This document shows, in pieces, positions 12,461 to 25,684 of a stretch of 64,000 nucleotides of DNA. Every line of letters begins with the position of its first letter. Within the stretch, counting starts at the first letter, position 1. Below the pieces are notes generated by a model that was not told where the DNA came from, made no database searches, and worked only from the letters and a program-made list of their open reading frames with translations. The DNA comes from Octopus vulgaris (lineage: Eukaryota). Location: the NCBI GenBank assembly GCA_951406725.2, contig OX597814.1, positions 63,922,001 through 63,986,000 of the forward strand. The letters run 5' to 3'. The translations under genes and the position numbers were made by a program.

Positions 12461-12586
12461 ATCTATCTATCTATCTAACTATCTATCTATCTATCTATCT
12501 AACTATCTATCTATCTATATCTATCTATATATCTATCTATCTATCTATGCATACCTATATACGTAAGTATGTATACATACATATCC

Positions 12587-12635
<49 letters not shown>

Positions 12636-12912
12636 TATACATGCATATATTTATAAGACTGTATTCATGGAAATATACGTAAATATATACATCTACACAC
12701 ACGCTCACACATGCATGCATTACTTAAACATTTGTAAGATATCTCATTATGATGAGGCATCTTTAAATGCAAGAAACAGTCAACGGATCAAGCTCTTTTA
12801 TTATAAACAAATTAAAATATGATGTATAAAATGTCTCATTGTTATGAGACAACCTGTATAGCTATAAGTGTGCTTGTGTGAGTGTGTGCATTATAATATG
12901 TATATGCGTATG

Positions 12913-13020
<108 letters not shown>

Positions 13021-13029
13021 TATACATAT

Positions 13030-13372
13030 AAATCCTTAAATCCTTAAATCCTTAAAAATGTTTTAGCCCGAAGGCCGCGGCCATGCTGGGGCACCACCGC
13101 TGAATGAGCTACACTAGTTTGTGAATCCACCTCTGATACGTGGCACTTGATCAACAAGGGAGTTCGATGCTGCTGCCCGCATCCGTGTCTCCTGTCGTGA
13201 GGTAGGTTCATCTGGGACTCCCAACAAGAAGAGATCCAGTTTAGTTTTAAAGAAACCCACATCCACACCATGTAAGTCTCTCAGGCATTTAGGGAGGATG
13301 TTAAAGAGCTGTGGTCCTCTGAAACCCAAGCTGTTGCAGTATCTGGACCTGTATTTTGATGGTGATGTTGGA
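13030..13372 (-). mobile_element. 3' fragment of a CR1/L2-group LINE with an 8-mer tail
   Basis: SLGFRGPQLFNILPKCLRDL..FFKTKLDLFLLGVPDEP ORF2 C-terminus, short 3' UTR, and three copies of AAATCCTT at 13030-13053. Confidence 0.75.
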
Positions 13373-13832
13373 TATATATATATACAACCATATACACACA
13401 TATGCACATATATATATATATATATATATAAAATCCATGTATATACACACACAAACACTCACAACATATTTATAGATAAAGGTGACTGTCTGGGGATGAA
13501 TCTCGCTTCTCATCCATGTGGTCTTCCGTTCAGTCCCACTGCGCAGCAGCTTCTACTGTGGCACCCGGACCGACGTAAGACTTGTGAATGGAATTGTTTG
13601 ACGAAAGCTGAAAGAAGCCCGCCATATGTGTGTGTGTGTGTGTGTTTAAATATGTGGAAGTATCTGTCGTGTTTCTGTCTCCCGTAACTTAGTGACCCAT
13701 TGAGTAAGTACCTGACCCTAAAAAATTTACTGGGGCAAATTTGTTCCAGTAAGACTTTCAGTGCTCTGCCCCGGCGTATCAGCTGTTACACGGCTTACAT
13801 CAAAGATAAAATATGTATGTATGCATGCATGG

Positions 13833-13874
<42 letters not shown>

Positions 13875-14040
13875 TAATATATATATATATATATAATATA
13901 TACGTATGCATACATACATATATAAATATATACACACATAAATATATATATACACACACATACACACACACAGACACATATATATATACAAATACATATA
14001 TAAGTATATCTTTATTTTATGTGTGTATATACATACATGC

Positions 14041-14087
<47 letters not shown>

Positions 14088-14478
14088 TGCATATATATAT
14101 ATACATATATACGTATATATATGTGTGTATGGACTCGCCCAAACATGCACGCATGCAGTTTATATGCGCATACACACAAAAGCAGACATTCTTAAATGCG
14201 TGCACGTGTGTGTGTGCATGTATGTTTTAGAGTGGTGTGTATATGAAGAACAGTTGTTCGGCGGGTCTGTAATGCCGGGTGTAAGGGGTGAATCCTCTCA
14301 TACACAAACGAAACTGAAATAAATAGGCGTACTAATCAATAGCAGACTACAAGAAGCCTTGCATCATTTTTAAAATCGACCAACACATTCTGTCTCACCC
14401 TTCCTCCCGCTCACTTCGCTCATCTTTCTCTTTTTCCTCTTTTTTCCTGTATGCGTGTATGTGTGTGTGTTTGTGTAT

Positions 14479-14519
<41 letters not shown>

Positions 14520-15521
14520 CAAATATATACACATGCGCGCGCGTCTAGTGTTTGTGTTTGTGTTTTGTGTGTGTGTATGTGTGTATGTGCGTGTGTGTGC
14601 ATGCGTGTGTGTACAAATATATACACATGCGCGCGCGTCTAGTGTTTGTGTTTGTGTGTATGTGTCTATGTGTGTGTGTGCATGCGCAGCCATGGCTTCG
14701 CAACCACGTGTTGTGTTTTAGGTTTGTACCACCATGCATCATTTTTGGCAAATGCCCTCTACTATCTCCTAGGGCAGGAGGAGGTGATGGTGGTGGTGGT
14801 GGTGAGGTGCAATCACCGGGCCACCGACCAGTACCGGGCCGTCAATCATTTCAGTGCGGGCCGAACAGAAAGAAGAAAATTATATATTCTCTTTGCATTT
14901 TATTTGAATATCGCAGTCTGCCGGGTGGTTTATTTTGAAAAATTACCACTTCCGTGTGTGTATGTGTGTGCGTGTGTGTGTTTCTTTCCCACACTCGTCT
15001 AACTACGGTGTGTTTTTGTCTGTTTTTTTTTTTTTTGCTTTTTCACGCAACGTTAATTTAAGCCCACAAGCTAACCGTAACAATAATGAGAGCTCTCAAT
15101 TTTCCATGATGCAAAAAACGGTTCGAAGCTACTAGCCTAGAGTCATAGACTGATAAAGAAAGGTGCACCCAGTACATCGGTCCGGCGTCTGGAGAGTCAG
15201 CAATGCCCTTTCCTAAGTAAAGAAAGTCCTCAACCAGGCATTGCAGTTTGAAAAGCATTCTTCTTCGGCGTTACCAAACCCCTTATTGTTTGGGGAATTT
15301 CATAAACAGCAACGGTTCAGACGCTCGTTTTAAACACACATACAAACACGAACACACACACACACGCAGACAGGCTTCTTTTCAGTTTCCATCAACCAAA
15401 TCCACTCACAAGGCTTTGGTCGATCCGAGGCGATAGTAGAAGGCACTTGCACAAGATTCCGCACAATGGGACTGAACCCGGACCCCTTTGACTAGAAAGT
15501 AAATTCTTACGATACAATCAC

Positions 15522-15599
<78 letters not shown>

Positions 15600-16330
15600 T
15601 TGTATGTATGTGTGTGTGTGAGCATGTGTGTGTGTATGTGTGTGTGTGTGTGCGTGCGCGTATGTGTGTGTGTGTATGTATATACTTGTAGTATGCTCCT
15701 ATGTGCACGTCCGCCTGAGACCTCGTATCTGTGATATGTCTTTGTTCGTCTATGTTTACATTAATGCACACTCACAGACAGACATGTGCCTTGGCACATG
15801 GAAACACAGACTTCACGCACTTGTACCTACAAACGAATAAAGTATGTGTGTATGTCTGTGTGTGCGTTTGCGCGCGTGTGTGAGTTTGCGCGCGCGTGTG
15901 TGAGTTTGCGCGCGCGTGTGTGAGTTTGCGCGCGCGTGTGTGAGTGTTTGTGTTTGTGTATGTGTGTGCGTGTGTATGTGTGTGTGTGTGTGTGTGTCTG
16001 TGAATGCGTGTGCAAGTATGATGGTATTAAAGCTTACATAAAAGATAACAAGAAACTAAAATGATTTTCTGTTGTTTACATGCAATCACGTACGTGGTCG
16101 CGCGCTCAAACCACATTCACTCGCACACATATTCACACATATAGAGCGTGTGCTTCTCTGTGTGTGCAAAATGTTTTTCTTTCTGTTGATGCACGCGCGT
16201 TTTTAATATGCTTGTGTACGTGTAGATGCGTACATATGCGTATATGTACATGCGTGCGTGAGGTGTCTGCAAAAACAGTTACTTGTTTCTCTGATTTCCT
16301 AGGTTCATAAGTTTGATATATATGTGTGTG

Positions 16331-16413
<83 letters not shown>

Positions 16414-16854
16414 GTGTGGCGAGCATTTACTCATGCATTAGGCATTTCACGTTTAGAATATAAGGTTTCTATTGAAAGAAATCGAATTCTCTTTCTCTGT
16501 TTGTCTATGTCAGTCGTTGTCTGTCTGCCTGTCTCTCTCTGTCTATATCTTTCTTTCTCTCTCTCTATCTCATGCGTATGTACTTAGTGAGAAAAGTATA
16601 CATACATTCATACATACATACATACATACATACATTCATTCATTCATTCATAGATACATTCATTCATATATATACATACATACAGACAGTCAGACAGACA
16701 GACAGAAAGACCGACGGACATACGTACATACATTAATAGATACATTGACAGCTAACTAGATAGATATATATATATAGAAAAATAACATAAACCTGCTCCG
16801 TATACATATGCAGGTGTGTGTGAAAAATAATGTGTATACAGTATATAATATTAT

Positions 16855-17042
16855 TTTACTTGCTTCAGTCATTTGACTGCGGCCATGCTGGAGCGCCGGC
16901 CTTAGTTGAGCAAATCGACCCTAGGACTTTTTCTATTGCCGAATCACTAAGTTACGGGGACGTAAACACACTAGCATCGGTTGTTAAGAGTGATAAACAC
17001 ACATAAACATACACACACATACACTCACACACACACACACAT

Positions 17043-17081
<39 letters not shown>

Positions 17082-17213
17082 CATACACACACGACGGGCT
17101 TCTTTCAGTTTCCGTCTACCAAATCCACTCACAAACCTTTGTTCGGCCCTAGGCTGTTGTTGAAGACACTTGACCAAGGTGTCACGCAGTGGGTCTGGAT
17201 CCGGAACCATGTG
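16855..17213 (-). mobile_element. tRNA/CORE-like SINE, family 2, with internal (CA)/(TA) tract; head interrupted by a family 1 SINE
   Basis: ACCTTGG(G/T)CAAGTGTCTTC core and 3' end CCAGCATGGCCGCAGTCAAATGACTG; related pieces at ~13500-13740, 15365-15520, 17620-17930, 27280-27470, 30585-30725, 31104-31250, 56130-56445. Confidence 0.8.
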
Positions 17214-17215
17214 AT

Positions 17216-17573
17216 TGGTTAGGGCAGCGGACTCGCGGTCGTAGGATCGCGGTTTCGATTCCCAGACCGGGCGTTGTGAGTGTTTATTGAGCGAAAACAC
17301 CTAAAGCTCCATGAGGCTCCGGCAGGGATGGTGGTGATCCCTGCTGTACTCTTTCACCACAACTTTCTCTCACTCTTACTTCCTGTTTCTGTTGTACCTG
17401 TATTTCAAAGGGCCGGCCTTGTCACTCTCTGTGTCACGCTGAATATCCCCGAGAACTACGTTAAGGGTACACGTGTCTGTGGAGTGCTCAGCCACTTACA
17501 CATTAATTTCACGAGCAGGCTGTTCCGTTGATCGGATCAACCGGAACCCTCGTCGTCGTAACCGACGGTGTGC
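17216..17573 (+). mobile_element. tRNA-derived SINE, family 1, tail type a
   Basis: GGTTAGGGCAGCGGACTCGCGGTCGTAGGATCGCGGTTTCGATTCCC head; inverted match to 4383-4759. Confidence 0.85.
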
Positions 17574-17959
17574 TTCCACACTTACTACACAGCCACTCCT
17601 GCGCCTATTATGTATAGCTTTTGCCTTTTATTTGCTTCGGTCATTAGACTGCAGCCATGCTACAGTGCCCCACCTCGAGGAATTTTAATTGAACGAATAG
17701 ATGGCAGTACTTATTTCTTAAAGCCTGCCACTTATTCTAGCATTGTCTTTTGTCGAACCCCTAAGTTACAGAGTCGTAAGCACACCAACACTTGTTGCGA
17801 AGCGGGGATGGGGGATAATTATGGGCATACATATACACACACTCGTCCAAGTTGCCACGAGGTTAGAATGAACTCGAATCCATGTTAGTGGAAAGCAAAT
17901 CTCTTACGAAACAGCTGAGTTTGCGACTCCTACCACAAGGCCACAGAAGTGTGCGTGTA

Positions 17960-18010
<51 letters not shown>

Positions 18011-18097
18011 TTATCTGTCTGTCTGTCTGTCTGTCTGTTTCTCTCTCTCTCGTTATATATATATATATATACACACACACAAATAGGCAAATGTATA

Positions 18098-18300
18098 TTC
18101 TTTTCTACTCTAGGCACAAGGCCCGAAATTTTGGGGAGGGGGCCAGTCGATTAGAACGACCCAGTACGCAACTGGTACTTAATTTATCGACCCCGAAAGG
18201 ATGAAAGGCAAAGTCGACCTCGGCGGAATTTGAACTCAGAACGTAGCAGCAGACGAAATGCCGTTAAGCATTTCGCCCGGTATGCTAACGTTTCTGCCAG
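18098..18300 (-). mobile_element. tRNA-derived SINE, family 3
   Basis: Minus strand TGGCAGAAACGTTAG..GAGTTCAAATTCC..GCCTTTCATCCTTTCGGGGTCGATAAATTAAGTACC; other copies at ~22722-22915 (+), 31497-31718 (-), 53305-53425 (+). Confidence 0.8.
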
Positions 18301-19504
18301 ATATTAAAACATCAAACATGATCAGTTTCTTCGCTTGTTATTGCAGTAGTTTCAACTGAGTTACTGAGTTACTGAGTTGCTTACTGGTTAAGTTTTCCGC
18401 AAACATCGGAAACGTTCACCCATTTTTGAAGTAGAGTTAGCCCGACTCTATGCGTGAACGTAGTAACTTCACATTACGGCTATAGACTGTCAACACCCTT
18501 CGCAGCATGCATGAAAATATCTGACGCAAACGTGAAACATTTTGCCCGGAGATACTACGGAGTGAAATCGAAACCAGACGCGCATGAATGCATGAACTCA
18601 CAGTTATGAATGTATATGTATGTGCGCATGTATTGTATGCTTGTATATGTGTATTTACATCCAGCCATTTAGAGAGCAGATGTATAAACATCCAGAAATA
18701 AATACTCGGTATATATTATAGGGATATAAATAATATATACTTATATGCATGTATACATACACATATTTACATACCTACATATATATGTATATATACATGC
18801 ATATATGGGTACAGGACATCAAACAAAAAAAACAAAAAAAACATAGAAACGAACTTTTTTCGAACAACGAAAAATAACAGAGAAACGAGACATACAACAT
18901 AAAGAATATTCCCCTTCTTCAGTTGTCCCTGTTTCATCTACTCGACGTTTCGAAGGCAAGCACAAGACGCGACTTCATTGAAACAGTCCTTCCCCCAAAG
19001 CAAATTAAATAAAAACAAGAACAGGACAGTGAGAACACAACTAAAAAGAAGAGGACAGTGAGAACAAAACAGTAAAAACATACGGTGAGGGCTGTTAAGC
19101 CGAGACGATGGAAAAAAATTTTTGAACGCTAGGAAGACGAGCTTATGAAGGAGACAGTATAAGCACGTTTTTTCTTTAAAAGGTTGTGGGTAGAAAGACA
19201 GATTATCTTTTGTCACGTGGCAGCGACGAGAGAGTCGAGGAGGAGGAGTGAGAGAGAGGGAACGGTGAAGAGGTGAGGAGAAGAATAGGGAAGAGTGAGA
19301 GAGAAAACCAGAAAGGATAAAGAACAAGAGAGGGAGAGAGATAGACAGAGAAGAGATAGTAAAGGTAGAAGAGTGCGCATCGTAATTATTAAGATAAAAA
19401 CTTACTTGGAAAAACATGCGTGGCGTTCGATCATATAATAATATAAATAATATATAATTATATGCATATATACATACACATATGTACATACCTACATATA
19501 TATG

Positions 19505-19570
<66 letters not shown>

Positions 19571-22500
19571 TATGCATTTATGGGTACAGGACGTAAAAAA
19601 AAACGTTGAACACAATGAGAAACGAATATATATATATGTGCGTGTGTATGTTTGTGTGCGCGCGTGTAAGTATGTGTGTGTGTGTGTGTGACTGTGCGTG
19701 AATTTATGCTTGTCATTTTCTCTGATAAATTAAGTGGAAACATGAATATCTCTCGGTAGGCACATATATTTTCACAGTTGAAAATGAAGTAAACGCAGTG
19801 ATTACTTTCCGTTTTGATGTGCGAGACGCTATTATGAGATCGTATAACACCGACAGCCTCTGAAAAAATTGTAACAGCTTGTCTGCTAAACATAGTCATT
19901 TCAAATCTCATGAGACTTCCTACGTGAGTCACATTAAAACTTCTTGAAAATATTTCACTTGTTGGATCTTTTCAGCTTGATACAAGAGATCCGAATGTTT
20001 TCAAAAGGTTGTTACAGAAATAGACCTTAACGAGAAATAGCTCTTAATGGAAAATATAACAGCCAAAGTGGATTATTACCTCGCCCCAAAGAAACATCGA
20101 CAGACACAGAAAAATAAATCGGAAAATTAGACATTCTTAAGTTTAAGGTGAAAAATACATTTACTAACCACCAACTGCAACTCTTTTTTAGATTATCTAA
20201 TGTTTAGGGAAGTTGTAACAAGAAAGACACTAACAGGCAAGTTAATTGCGCTTAAACATAAGGTGTAAGCGGTAAGTCAAAAACTTCGTAAACGAAAAAA
20301 ACTATTAAAATGTAAGGCTCTCAATTGCAAGTTTGCACTAAATCTGAAAACGCTATATCAGAACATGATATAGTCGTAAAAGATACTCTCAGGATGGTCT
20401 TCAGTTATTTTGTTGAGGAATCGGGAATGTAATCAGACCACACAACTTTGATGCATTGTGGCTGGATGATTTACGGAGTGTGTACTGTTGAAACGTCTCT
20501 CACAAATCTAATAATATCATGAATGAAACTTTTCGACAGTTTTGTGACGGTTGAAATAAAATTCCCGAACTGGCTAAAAAAAAAACAAAAAAAAAAACAG
20601 AAAAAAAAAAACAATGAGCGCTAAGCATAATATGCTAGCTTGGCTAATAGTCGCATGTAAAAACACTTGTAGTTAAAAGCCAAGAGACGCATGTTGCTAT
20701 AGTCAATACTATAACAACATGGTCCACAGAACTAGGAACAAGAACTGAAATTAACAATATAGTTACTATAAGAATTGGGCCCTCAGTAGGAATATCGCTT
20801 CATAAAAACACATGAACCAAGACCACATTTTAAAATTAGCCCTATTTTCCCAGGTATTAACAGAATATCCTGGATTTTGTCTAATATTCTCATGCTACTA
20901 ATTCAAACCTTCCCAGGACATGTCAAAAGATCTATTGAAGACATCAACTAACTGAAAGAGCTCAAGCTTTCCAAACTTAGAAAAAATAACAACCTCCTTT
21001 AACTTGGCTTAGCTTAGATGTTGTGCTTTCGTCAAATATGTGAATGGCATCTTCATATTAACATCATCTCGCGAAGAGACAGTTAAAATATAAAATATAT
21101 TCAACAATATCGATGAATACACAAAATTTGAAGAGATACATCACAATGACCCCGCTTCCTTTGAATTCAAAATTACCGAGGACTGATTTTTCTCCACTAA
21201 TTTCTACAGAAATGTGGCATGCAGGAGTCTATGTGTACATTTTAATTCATCCCTGCCCATCAGAGTTAGGCTGTCCTGCGTTAGAAATGAGATTCATAAG
21301 ATATGCAGTAAATGTAGCGATGCAGGAAGTAAAAATACCAACACCATGCAATTAAGAAAAAGTTCTGATAGAGAATAGCTATTTACATTCTTTGACTAAA
21401 CGCTAGGACATCACAAAACCAACATAAACAAAGATAAATAATTTATGAAATATATTAACGATAAAACATCTATAATTCACTAGGAACGGAGCGTCAGTCC
21501 TCCGCACGGTTATCCAACAGAGTGGAGTGACTCAAAATGATGAGTTTTACTCAAGAAAACAAGGCACCGTCTGTCTAAGATTCGAAGCTACGGTCCTGTG
21601 ATCGGAAGTGCAACACCCTAACAACTAGGCCACGCGCCAACACACATTCGCACACACTCACATATACCTACACACACATACACAGACACTTACACTCATA
21701 AACGAACGTACATACACGCTCGCGCACAAAATCACAAAAATACACTTATTCGCATATACCTATTTAAGATTTCGCACTACGATCGTTTCGGTTTTCACTG
21801 GGTATTATGACGCCCTACTTAGGCTAAATATTCTTATATTATTGCTAGTAATATCATCTTTCAATCTTACCAAAATTATTATTACCAAACCATGAAAGTA
21901 ATCAATGTCCTCCCCCTCTGCCCCTCCTACTCCTCCCCATCGTCATCAACTAAGTAATTATTTATTAAAAGCTTTAACTTCAAAGTTTTCTAATCTTATT
22001 TTCATGTCCCCTGATATTCGAACGCTATTTTAGGGATGAAACAGGAAAGCTTTAATAAGAAAATTCAGATAATGATAAAGAAAAACAAAAGGATTGAATT
22101 TCATTGGATGCACGTGGAAATATAATGTGAAATAAAAATATTTAATGAGCATTCAGAATCTACAAATATTTTTGCAAACATATCAAAAATTTTCAGTTAA
22201 TTTTGAATAACGACTATCTGTACAAATAATATAAAGTCTAAAATCCCATTGCTGTTGTGCAAATGTTTTCCAGCCATCATTCAATTGTACCTCACCAGAG
22301 TTTACTAAAAATCTGGCATGTCAGCCTCAAAAATGTAGGTAATTAGAATAATTTAAACAATTGCAAAGCGCATTCGGTGCAATAAAAAATTTCGTTTTAG
22401 TGTTCATTTTTTGTGTTCTTTATTTTTATCTCTCTCTTTACTTTTGGCATTGCAGACTATTTTATAATCTATGGTATCTTATGTCAATAGAGAGAGTTCT

Positions 22501-23527
22501 TAACCATTCTGGAGTTAACGATATTTTTCCTACTATACATTCGAGTAGTAGCTTTCTCATTGTTTCACCTTGATACTTTCTTTTATATTGACATATTTTG
22601 TCTAATAGTTCTGCAATTAATAGGATTGAATTATATGGTTATTTATTTGATTTTTACTCATCTGTATCTTAGCTGCTTTTAATACATTTGTTTTGTACAT
22701 GCAATACATATATTACCGAATATGGCGGCAAGCTGGCAGAATCATTAACTCACCGGAGAAAACACTTCGCGACAATTCGCCCGTCTTTAAGTTCTGAGTT
22801 CAAATTCCGCCCATGTCGACTTTGCCATTCATCCTTTTAGGGTCGATAAAATAAGTACCAGTTGAGCACTGGAGTCGATGAACTTGATGGCTTTGTGCCA
22901 AGATTTGAAAGCAATGGTTGCTACTGAATAAGATTATATGTCTTTTACATCGTTTATACGGATTTCCATTTTAAGTAATTATTGACAACAACGACGAGTT
23001 CTTTATCTTTAAAAAGGCAGAGAACTCATTGTTTATTGACAATACTTTTGTAATTTTGTAGTATCTATATGAAATTTGATATTTTCTATCAGTTAAATAT
23101 ATAAGACGATTACGACGTGTGTAGTTAAGATATTTACATACAATTTAAGTGATATGAGTTCCATACAATTTAAGTGATATGAGTTCCATCAGTTTGCAAA
23201 CGATAACCCCGGATTTACTAATGCAATGTTGAGGAACTGTGGTTCATGGCAGCAAAGCAACTCTGTCGGCTCTGCACTAATGTGTGTGTGTGCATGTGTG
23301 TATTTGCGTACGTGTTAATGTATGAGTGTAAGTGTTTGCGTGCGCGTATGGGTGTGTAAGTATACATACATGGTGAAAGAATAAAATCCCAAAGAAAAAA
23401 GACGGAATAATTTCACGATTAAAATTATTAGCATGACTCATTGAAATTGAAAGAGTTAATTTCAGGCAAGGCAATGAAAACCGAAAGAAACGTTAAAACT
23501 AGCAATCACAACGAAAATAGCCTCCCC

Positions 23528-23597
<70 letters not shown>

Positions 23598-23744
23598 TTA
23601 TATATGCATACATATATGCATACGTATATACATATACGCATGTATATTTACACCTATATAAACATATGCATACTACATAAACATACATATGCACATATGT
23701 GTGTGTGTGTGTGTCCATGATTTATAGAAACATATATATTCTTC

Positions 23745-23861
23745 AGTTCTATATTTAAGAGATGAGGAATTATACATCATTTACATTATTTACATTTGTT
23801 TGTTGTTAACACAATGCGTTTGTCTAGCGGTTAAGTTTCCGAGTTCGATTCCAGGCAGTGA

Positions 23862-23947
<86 letters not shown>

Positions 23948-23994
23948 CCAACAACAACAACAACCACAACAACAACAACAACAATAACAATAAC

Positions 23995-24054
<60 letters not shown>

Positions 24055-24235
24055 TAATAAATAATAATAATAATAATAACATCGAAAAATTCCTTAGGAA
24101 TGAGAACCCAGGTTCGAAATTTCTCCAAGACACCTGATGAAGGCTGAAGGGTATATCAGCCGAAACGTTGTGTTAACAACAAAGAAGACGAGGACAAATA
24201 TCCGTCAAATGTAATTATTATAAATAATGTAGATA
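23745..24235 (+). mobile_element. Hammerhead-bearing tRNA-headed SINE-like element, copy 1
   Basis: Inverted copy of its own 3' end (23745-23820), head with B box GAGTTCGATTCC (23841-23852), (AAT/AAC)n 23866-24078, hammerhead, AT-rich tail; homologous to 55840-56062. Confidence 0.8.
24129..24174 (+). ncRNA. Minimal type I hammerhead ribozyme
   Basis: GACAC-CTGATGA-A-GGCTGA(agggtata)TCAGCC-GAAAC-GTT|GTGTT: intact core, 5-bp helix I, 6-bp helix II, palindromic AACGTT helix III; predicted cleavage after 24169. Confidence 0.85.
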
Positions 24236-24289
24236 TATTCTTATTCATATATATACATATATCTACATATTTATATCTGCATGTGCATA

Positions 24290-24320
<31 letters not shown>

Positions 24321-24393
24321 GTATACACACAAATATATGTATGTAATATACGCACGTATGCATGTATGCGTGTATCTATCTATCTATCAATCA

Positions 24394-24551
<158 letters not shown>

Positions 24552-25638
24552 AATACATACAGGTACACATGCATGCATGCACAAATATATATATCTGTGT
24601 ATAGATATATAAAATATATAATTTATATGCAAGTACGCACACATTTAATCAATGTGTATGCATACAAACAATCAGTAACTGCTGCTTCAGTTACGATAAT
24701 ATCAGTATCAACATTGGTGGTAATAGCGTCAGAAGCAGCAGCACCAGTATTAGTGGTAGCAGTAGTAGCAGCAGCAGGATAAACAAGTGGGTAACTGTCT
24801 TGAGAAGTTCAGTAGCCTTGCTGACGAACTATGTTGGAATTATGCCAGACAGCTCTTTACTAATTTCACATAGAAAAGCTGTAACAGATAAGGTTACTGG
24901 CCATTGAACAAAGTTGGTTGTTGGACCCAGATGCGTTTGTCTAGACTCGAATGATTACCACATGTACATCAATCACTCTAAGTTTTAGAAGGAGAGAAAA
25001 AAGAAACATCAGTTTTCAATCACAAGTAGATGCGAGGAGGAAATATCCGAATTTAAATTTAAATGATACTATATTAGCTTTTCTTTTATTAATGATAAGA
25101 GGCACAATAAGACAGTATGTAGTATTTATTTACAATATCTAATGCGCAGAAAATAACTCCAGTAAATCATATTTTTTGGTTCTCAAGCTTTTTTTCTAAA
25201 TACTAGCATCGCATTAACACAATCATAATTCTTCGTTCAGAGACGAACAAAAGCTCAATGTCCTTATCAAGATCAAAGTAAATGACTGATTACACAAATA
25301 ATGACAGTGTAATATACTCCTGATATACAGTAGTACATAGCTTTCTAAACAATTGGTGAAATCCAAGTGTGTGTGTGCTATAATTGAAACTAAAGTTTAG
25401 ATGTAACTTTAAAATTTAGCATTCAAACCTTATTTTGGGTATGTCTCTAGTAGTGTGTCGGGCTGCCAGGCGTGATCCGGAGTAAATACAGTTTCGTCGC
25501 TGGATCCTTAGGAATTCCTCAGTGCACGATGACTATATTTTAAATTATTGATACGGAAGACCCCAAGTGTACTGGAAACTTTATCACAACGATCGTTTTG
25601 GTATACTTCTGCACTGCTCCGTAGTGGGGGGGGGGGGG

Positions 25639-25684
<46 letters not shown>

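Noticed and set aside
18905-19000. Minus-strand GAAACGTC and CTGAAGA hammerhead-like words (similar arrangement at ~50430-50520)
   Set aside because: Cores are in the wrong order or lack a pairable helix I; may be a decayed pLTR but is not supportable as a ribozyme.
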